Source: Vulcanimicrobiota bacterium | GTDB taxonomy: Bacteria; Vulcanimicrobiota; Vulcanimicrobiia; Vulcanimicrobiales; Vulcanimicrobiaceae | DNA length: 64,000 bases | Assembly (NCBI GenBank): GCA_963812155.1 | Contig: CAWETW010000001.1 | Span: 288,001-352,000 of the forward strand | Direction: 5' to 3' | Shown: positions 57,944 to 64,000 of the stretch, in pieces | Position numbering within the stretch: position 1 is the stretch's first letter | Layout of the letters: every line of letters begins with the position of its first letter | The notes under the pieces: generated by a model | Told to the model about the DNA's origin: nothing | Databases searched by the model: none | The model's input: the letters and a program-made list of their open reading frames with translations, nothing else | Translations under genes and position numbers: made by a program

Positions 57944-59833
57944 TTACCCTTTCGTGGGTGCTGATGCCTTCATAATGACGGCGTCGGTGGCGAGGGCCAT
58001 CATGGGGAAGACGTGGCGATACAGGTGATAGTTGATGTAAAAGTCGCGGGGAAAACCCGTTCCGGTGCACTCTCGCTCGTCCCAGGTGCCGTCGGGCCGC
58101 TGCCGATCGCACAGGAAAGCAAGACCCCGCTGGGTCGCCGAATGTTGCGGCATACCGGCAAGTTGCAGGGCGTTGACGGCCCAAGCCGTCTGGGACGCCG
58201 TGCTCCGGCCGACGCCGGCGAACGACTCGTCGACGTAGGAGTGGCAGCTCTCGCCCCAGCCTCCGTCGGCGTTTTGAACCCTCACCAGCCAACCCGCGGC
58301 GCGCTCGATCATTGCGTCGCCGGTCCGCAGCGCGCGCAGTGCGGATATCACGCACCACGTCCCGTAGACGAAGTTCACGCCCCAACGCCCGAACCACGAT
58401 CCGTCGGGACGCTGAGTTTCGCGGAGAAACTCCAGCCCGCGCGCGACGTACGGATCGCCGGTCCCGCACCCGAGCGCGGCCAGCATTTCGAGGACGTGCG
58501 CGGTGACGTCTTCGGTCGGCGGATCGATCATCGCGCCGAAATCTGAGAAGGGCATGCGGTAGAGCAGTTCGCGCGTGTTGTCGCGGTCGAATGCCGCCCA
58601 CGCCCCGTTGCGCGAGCGCATCGCGAGCGTCCAGCGGCGCGCGCGTTCGATCGAGTCGCGCGTCATGCCGGAGTCGCCGCCTTCGAGCAATGCCAGCACG
58701 ACGATGGTCGTGTCGTCGATGTCGGGATACGCATCGTTGTCGAACTCGAACGCCCAGCCGTTTCCGTGCTTCTCGTCGCACTTCACGCGCCAGTCGCCCG
58801 GTGCGTCGTCGGGAATTTGTTCTTGCAGCATCCACTGGGTCGCGCGCGCCATCGCAGGATGCGTTCGCTCGAATCCGGCCAAGGCGAGCGCGCGCATCGC
58901 CCACGCCGTATCCCAGACCGGCGACATGCACGCCAGAAAACGCCGCCCGCCCACCTCGGTGCGCCGGTCGCCGTCGTCAATCGTAAAACGCGCGAAGCCG
59001 CCGATGCCCTTGCGCATCACCGGATGCTCGAGTCCGTATCCCATCAGGTCGAGCGCGATTAACGAGTACACCCACGGGGGTTGAATGCCGCCCCAGCTGC
59101 CGTCGGCTTCTTGCCGGTCGATCACCCATCGCGCGATGCGCCGCTGCGCGCTGCGCCGAAACGGCTGCCAAGGCAGCCGTTCGTACAGTTTCTGGAGACG
59201 CTCGACCGTCATCAACCAGCCGCTGCCGCGCACGCGCTCCAGTTCGTCCTCCGTACCGGGCAAGACGATTTCGCCGACGTCCACTCCGAGATCGCGAACC
59301 GGCTTCTTCGACACGACGATGGTCAGCGGCGCGACCGTACCGCGCGCCCAACACGCGAAATCGTAGACGTTGAACGGCACCCACAACGGAAAGTAGACGA
59401 TCTCGGGCGGCAGCGAGGGCACGCCCTTCCACGGATATTTGCCGAAGATCGCCAGCCAAATCTTCGTGAAGACGCGTGCGTGCGCGACGCCGCCCAAACG
59501 GTGGATCACGGCCAGCGCGTCGCGCATTTCCTGGCGCTGCGGATCGACGCCGAGGACTTTCAGCGCAACGTAGGCTTCGATCGTGGTGCTGAGATCCGCC
59601 GGTCCGTCGTAATACAGCGACCAGGATCCGTCGTCGCGCTGGTTCTGCAAGATGTGCGCGATCGCGCCGCCGGCAATCGCGTCGATCGGTAGTCCGAGAA
59701 AGCGAAACAGCAGGACCTGTTCGGCCGTCATGGTGACGTTCGTCTCGAGTTCGCCCGACCACCAGCCTTCGGGCGACTGTTCGGCGAGCAGCCATTCGAC
59801 GCTCGCGGCGAGCGCTTCGCGGGTGGTTTTCAC
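57944..59833 (-). CDS. shc: Squalene-hopene cyclase
   Basis: DXDD motif YPDIDDT, QW repeats, WFGRWGVN, GTGFPRDFYINYHLY. Confidence 0.96.
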   Translation of the reverse strand: MKTTREALAASVEWLLAEQSPEGWWSGELETNVTMTAEQVLLFRFLGLPIDAIAGGAIAHILQNQRDDGSWSLYYDGPADLSTTIEAYVALKVLGVDPQRQEMRDALAVIHRLGGVAHARVFTKIWLAIFGKYPWKGVPSLPPEIVYFPLWVPFNVYDFACWARGTVAPLTIVVSKKPVRDLGVDVGEIVLPGTEDELERVRGSGWLMTVERLQKLYERLPWQPFRRSAQRRIARWVIDRQEADGSWGGIQPPWVYSLIALDLMGYGLEHPVMRKGIGGFARFTIDDGDRRTEVGGRRFLACMSPVWDTAWAMRALALAGFERTHPAMARATQWMLQEQIPDDAPGDWRVKCDEKHGNGWAFEFDNDAYPDIDDTTIVVLALLEGGDSGMTRDSIERARRWTLAMRSRNGAWAAFDRDNTRELLYRMPFSDFGAMIDPPTEDVTAHVLEMLAALGCGTGDPYVARGLEFLRETQRPDGSWFGRWGVNFVYGTWCVISALRALRTGDAMIERAAGWLVRVQNADGGWGESCHSYVDESFAGVGRSTASQTAWAVNALQLAGMPQHSATQRGLAFLCDRQRPDGTWDERECTGTGFPRDFYINYHLYRHVFPMMALATDAVIMKASAPTKG

Positions 59834-61119
59834 GCGGCGCTGAGCGCGTGGGCGGCGCGGGTGCCGCTGCGAACGGCCGACTCCATCGTATCGGGCCAGC
59901 CGCCGGTGTCGGTCCATGCGCCGGCAATGGCGACCGCCGCCGACGCCGTGCGCTGGCTCGGGCGTCGCACGCCCGGACGCGGCAGGTACGTCGCCTCCGG
60001 GTTACGCGTCACGGCGCTGCGCGTGAGCGTCGCGCCGCGCAGCACGGGCAGGTACGCGCGCACTTCGTCCCAGGCCAGCGCTTCGAGTTGCGCGGTGGGA
60101 AGCCGCAAATACTTATCGGCGGCGCTGCAGCTGCAGCACAGATAACCGCGCGACTTTTCGAAGATCCATTGCAACGGCGAATCGAGCGCCGCGGCGAAAT
60201 CGACGCCGATGCTCGGACCATCGTGCCACAGATGCACGTCCACGATCGGATACGGTTCGAACGCATCCAAGCCGGCGACGCCGTAACGGCCGGGATCGCC
60301 GAGCAGTTTTGCCACCGCAGGCGGAGGCACCGCCAGAACCGCGGCATCGAAGCGGCGCGGCGCCGGATCGCCGAGCAGATGCAGCGTCACGCCGCGATCG
60401 CCCGCGTCGACCGCAACGACCGGCGTCGCGAGGTGCACGCCGTCGAGACGGTCGGCCGCCGCCGTCGCGAAATGTGCGAGCGGAACCGTCGAAAATCCGA
60501 AACGCGCCGCGCCGGCATCCTTGAGAAAGGCGGTCGTCAGCACGAACATCGCATCCTCGCGGCTGATGCGATCGAACGGAGCGTTCAACGCCGGAATGAA
60601 AAACGGATCCCAGAACGCGCGCCGCGTGCCCGCATCCTGCCCGGTGCGCACCAGCCACGTTTCGAAGGTTTCCTCCGGAGGGCCGGACGAGCGGCCATTC
60701 TTTGCGAGCAGCGCGCCGGCGAGCGCGCGGGCCACGCGCAATTTTCCGCTCGCCTTCAAATGCGGATACTTCGCGAAGGACGCGAGCAGATGGAACGGAG
60801 GCCGTCCGTTGCCGGCCCTTAAGTGCCCCGCCTTCCCATCGCGTGCCAGCACGAGCGCGTCGAAGCGTTCTTGCACGTGGAGGTGCCGCTCCATGCCGAT
60901 GCGGCGCACGAAGCCGGTGAACTCCGTGCAGCACGCGAGAAAAACGTGCTGACCGTTATCCACCTCGCAGCCACCGACCACAAACGACGTGGCGCGCCCG
61001 CCGAGCAGGCGGCTGCGCTCGTAGACCTCGACGTGCGCACCAGTTTCTTTTAACTCGAGTCCGGCGGCCAGACCGGCAAGGCCCGCGCCGACGATCGCTA
61101 TCCGCTGCTGCTCAGCCAC
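59830..61119 (-). CDS. hpnE: Hydroxysqualene dehydroxylase
   Basis: GAGLAGL, DNGQHVF, AGAWTDT..PDTMESAVRSG. Confidence 0.9.
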   Translation of the reverse strand: MAEQQRIAIVGAGLAGLAAGLELKETGAHVEVYERSRLLGGRATSFVVGGCEVDNGQHVFLACCTEFTGFVRRIGMERHLHVQERFDALVLARDGKAGHLRAGNGRPPFHLLASFAKYPHLKASGKLRVARALAGALLAKNGRSSGPPEETFETWLVRTGQDAGTRRAFWDPFFIPALNAPFDRISREDAMFVLTTAFLKDAGAARFGFSTVPLAHFATAAADRLDGVHLATPVVAVDAGDRGVTLHLLGDPAPRRFDAAVLAVPPPAVAKLLGDPGRYGVAGLDAFEPYPIVDVHLWHDGPSIGVDFAAALDSPLQWIFEKSRGYLCCSCSAADKYLRLPTAQLEALAWDEVRAYLPVLRGATLTRSAVTRNPEATYLPRPGVRRPSQRTASAAVAIAGAWTDTGGWPDTMESAVRSGTRAAHALSAA

Positions 61120-62006
61120 GATCTGACCACCACGCGCAGCTTCTCGGTCTTTGACAGGGCCGCGCGTTCGCGTAGCGGCAGAGCCGGATCGCGTTCGATT
61201 TTCTTGAGTAACTCTTCGTAGATGCCGGCCATCGTGTGCACGCAGGCCGCCGGCCGACGCGGTATGTACTGCAGCACTTCGTACCCCGTTAGGAAATACG
61301 CGCGAGCGCGCTCGACCTGATAGGCGACCAGATCGTTCCAGCCGGGCTCGATTTCGCCGCCGAAGAGTGCCGACTCGGAGACGCCGAAACGCTCGAGTTC
61401 GGCTTGCGGCAGGTAGACGCGCCGCATGTCGACCGCGTCTTCGCGAACGTCGCGCAGAATGTTCGTCAGTTGCAGCGCCAAACCCAAATCGTCGGCGCGC
61501 TGGAGCGCGACCGGATCGCTAAAGCCGAAGATCCGCACGCACATGCGCCCCACCACCGACGCTACGAGCGTGCAGTACTGCCGCAAATCGTCGAACGTCG
61601 CATAGCGCGAGTGACTAAAATCCATCTCGACGCCATCGATGAGCATCTGCAGTTCCTGCTCGGGAATCCGATACCGTTCGATCGCTTCGGCGAGCACGCG
61701 CAGAATCGGATCGTCGCCGTACTCCCCACGGACGGCGCGCGTGATGCGCTCGCGATGGTGTTTCAAGCGCTCGGGAAGCGCTGCGACGGTGTCGGTCTCC
61801 TTCATCCCGTCGGCTTCGTCGTCGACCTGGCGCGCAAAATTGTACAGCGCGTAGATCGCCATGCGCTCGTGGTACCCGAGTGAAATGAAGCCCCAGTAAA
61901 AGTTCCCGGCCTCGCGGCGCGCCATGTCTCGATTGAAGCGCTCGGCCCGGTGCTGATCGGATTGCTCGGGAGTGATTCCGCGCAGCGCCTTCGGTAAGTG
62001 AATCAT
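61098..62006 (-). CDS. hpnD: Presqualene diphosphate synthase
   Basis: NFYWGF...YNFARQVDDEAD, LQLTNILRDVRED. Confidence 0.88.
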   Translation of the reverse strand: MIHLPKALRGITPEQSDQHRAERFNRDMARREAGNFYWGFISLGYHERMAIYALYNFARQVDDEADGMKETDTVAALPERLKHHRERITRAVRGEYGDDPILRVLAEAIERYRIPEQELQMLIDGVEMDFSHSRYATFDDLRQYCTLVASVVGRMCVRIFGFSDPVALQRADDLGLALQLTNILRDVREDAVDMRRVYLPQAELERFGVSESALFGGEIEPGWNDLVAYQVERARAYFLTGYEVLQYIPRRPAACVHTMAGIYEELLKKIERDPALPLRERAALSKTEKLRVVVRSWLSSSG

Positions 62007-62944
62007 TTGGTCGTATGCGGCGTGATGGAAACGCTCGCCGCCCCGTCGTGAGTCCGGCGAAGCGCCGCACCGAGCGCGCGCGCAACCAATGAGACTTTGA
62101 CGGCGGCCGTGACGCTGGGCCGCTTGCGATCGGTGCGGTAGCCGATGCGCTCGATCGCGTCGCAGATCGCTTCGCCGCCCATGCGATAGAGTGCGAGCTG
62201 CATGCGCAGCGCCGTCGCTTCGATCCGCCGCTCGAGCACGCGCCCCGATTGCAGCAACACGCGAGCGCGTTCCACGAGGCCGCGCACGCCCGCCTCGACC
62301 CCGCCGCGCGCAAGATCGGATTGCAGCAGGTAGGTACGTCCGAGCACGGCGTCGCGGCTGACATCTTGTGCGTGATTGGCCAACTGGAGCCCGATGCACA
62401 CGTCGTCCGAGAGGCGCTCGCAGGCGGCGTCGGTCACGTCGAAGACGCGCAGCACCATGCGGCCGACCGGCGCGGCCGAAAGCGTGCAGTAGCGCTCGAG
62501 TTCCTCCCATCCGGCATAGGTCTTCACGTGCTGATCCATCAGGTTGGCTTCGATCAGGTTCAAAAACGGCGCCGCCGGAATTCGCCGGCGCTCGATCGTA
62601 CGCGCAAGCGCCTGCAGAACGGGATGGACCGGCGGGATGCCGGCAAACATCGCCTCGACTTCGTCGCGCCAAAGCGTGAGACGCGGTTCGGCACTGCCGT
62701 TGGGACTTTCGTCGCCGAGATCGTCGGTCGAACGGCAGAACGCGTAAATGCGGCTCAAATCGGCGCGGCGCTCGCCATCGACGAAGCGCGACGCTACGCT
62801 AAAATTTTCGTAGTGTCGGTTCGTTAAGAAACGGCAATAGGCGTCGGCTGCATCCAGGGTGAGGTCGGGCGCGGCCGCGGCTCGGTCTCTCCGCATGGCA
62901 CCCACGGTCTTTCCCGTTACGGCCTGGGTCCCTGCGGCATTCAA
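62003..62944 (-). CDS. hpnC: Hydroxysqualene synthase
   Basis: HYENFSVAS...YAFCRSTDDLGDE, LQLANHAQDV; start may be 62897. Confidence 0.88.
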   Translation of the reverse strand: MNAAGTQAVTGKTVGAMRRDRAAAAPDLTLDAADAYCRFLTNRHYENFSVASRFVDGERRADLSRIYAFCRSTDDLGDESPNGSAEPRLTLWRDEVEAMFAGIPPVHPVLQALARTIERRRIPAAPFLNLIEANLMDQHVKTYAGWEELERYCTLSAAPVGRMVLRVFDVTDAACERLSDDVCIGLQLANHAQDVSRDAVLGRTYLLQSDLARGGVEAGVRGLVERARVLLQSGRVLERRIEATALRMQLALYRMGGEAICDAIERIGYRTDRKRPSVTAAVKVSLVARALGAALRRTHDGAASVSITPHTTK

Positions 62945-62987
62945 AAGCGCCGGCGAGCGAACCCGCCGGCGCTTGTCTTCAATCGGT

Positions 62988-64000
62988 TTACTGACCGACG
63001 CGCAGTTGCAGCGTTTGTTGCGAGACTTGCGACGTATTCGGATCGGTCGCGGTCACCTTTAACGTAATCGCCTGCAAACCGGGCATCGAGCGCAGCGTCA
63101 CGGTGAGCTGGAAGTTGCCTTTGGACCCGGCGGTGGTGCTGCCGGCGTAGAGCCCGATCGGCGCACCCGCCGGACCGGCCGTGACGTTGACCTTGGCATA
63201 GGCGGCGGTCGAACCGGCAACGGTAAACGACATCCCGACCGCCTGATCGGCCGCCGGCTGATCGACCGTCAGCGACATTCCACCACCCGAACCGGCTACG
63301 GAGAACGACCACGAGCGATCGAACGTGACGCCGTCGGCGGCCCGCCCGGAAACGCGCACCGTATGCGATCCGTACGACAGCGGCGCGGGCGGTTTATACG
63401 AGAAGTTCGTCCGCGAAATCCCGGACTGTCCGGTGCGGTCGGCGCCGTCGAGCCAGACGCGAATCGAACTCGGCTGCACCTGGGCGGTGAACTCCGCGGC
63501 GATCAGCGCGAAACGGTTGGTGACGCGCGAGCCCGGAGCCGGCTGTTGCACGCGCAACTGCACCATGCCCGACGGGGGATACGGCCGCGGCGGCGGATAC
63601 GGCCGTGGCGGCGGGTACGGCGGCGCGCCGCCTCCGCCACCGGTATGCGTGATCGCGACAACGTTCGTCGACGAGTTGTAGTCAACGGTCGCCCCGAGCG
63701 ATTGCGCAATGAACCGCAGCGGCACGTACGTCGTCGCACCGACGATGAACGGCGCTACGTCGACGAGCTGGGATTGACCGTCCACCGTCGCCTGAGTCGA
63801 GCCGATGGTCAGCGAGATGGTGCGCTGGCCTCGGGTTGCGTTAATCGTCCCGTTCTGATAGACGACGCTCGCACCCATCCGCTCGAAGATGCTGCGCAGC
63901 GGCACGAAGACGCGCCCGGCCCGTTCGATCGGTCCGGGGTTCAACGACATCTGAGAACCGTTTACCATGACCGTCTGTGCCTGCGCCGCAGGGGCAAAGG
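62988..64000 (-). CDS. Copper amine oxidase N-terminal (stalk) domain protein, 5' truncated by window
   Basis: GRVFVPLR.IFE.MGA.V...TYVPLRFIAQSLGA.V; Pro-rich linker and Ig-like domains. Confidence 0.85.
   Translation of the reverse strand, partial: FAPAAQAQTVMVNGSQMSLNPGPIERAGRVFVPLRSIFERMGASVVYQNGTINATRGQRTISLTIGSTQATVDGQSQLVDVAPFIVGATTYVPLRFIAQSLGATVDYNSSTNVVAITHTGGGGGAPPYPPPRPYPPPRPYPPSGMVQLRVQQPAPGSRVTNRFALIAAEFTAQVQPSSIRVWLDGADRTGQSGISRTNFSYKPPAPLSYGSHTVRVSGRAADGVTFDRSWSFSVAGSGGGMSLTVDQPAADQAVGMSFTVAGSTAAYAKVNVTAGPAGAPIGLYAGSTTAGSKGNFQLTVTLRSMPGLQAITLKVTATDPNTSQVSQQTLQLRVGQ

Overview
High-GC bacterial chromosomal window with no rRNA, tRNA, CRISPR array or intact transposase that I can see. 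A Terrabacteria-type RNA polymerase, a TonB-dependent receptor, hopanoid genes and a copper-amine-oxidase N-domain protein suggest Vulcanimicrobiota/Ca. Eremiobacterota (inference only). Main content: two DUF3311 + sodium:solute symporter pairs; an anthranilate/salicylate CoA-dependent (abm-like) catabolic gene set split by a block of envelope genes; a TonB-dependent receptor beside an OmpR/HAMP two-component system; a MalT-type ATPase-TPR-LuxR regulator; rpoC and rpoB separated by about 8.2 kb, each with its own sigma70-type promoter; dxs; and a hopanoid operon (hpnC-hpnD-hpnE-shc-hpnH-hpnA-DUF1272/hpnG). Several genes between about 3 and 25 kb are broken by single-base indels that look like assembly errors. 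The best candidates for undescribed systems are (1) an unannotated 23-aa hydrophobic peptide gene directly behind the LuxR-TPR regulator, with an operator-like palindrome, a structured 3' RNA and a terminator (peptide signalling or type I toxin), and (2) a three-gene operon between rpoB and rpoC with a 305-aa protein carrying a Lys/Glu-rich tail, a degenerate ATP-grasp and an intact MvdC/RimK-like ATP-grasp (candidate graspetide-like protein cross-linking system).
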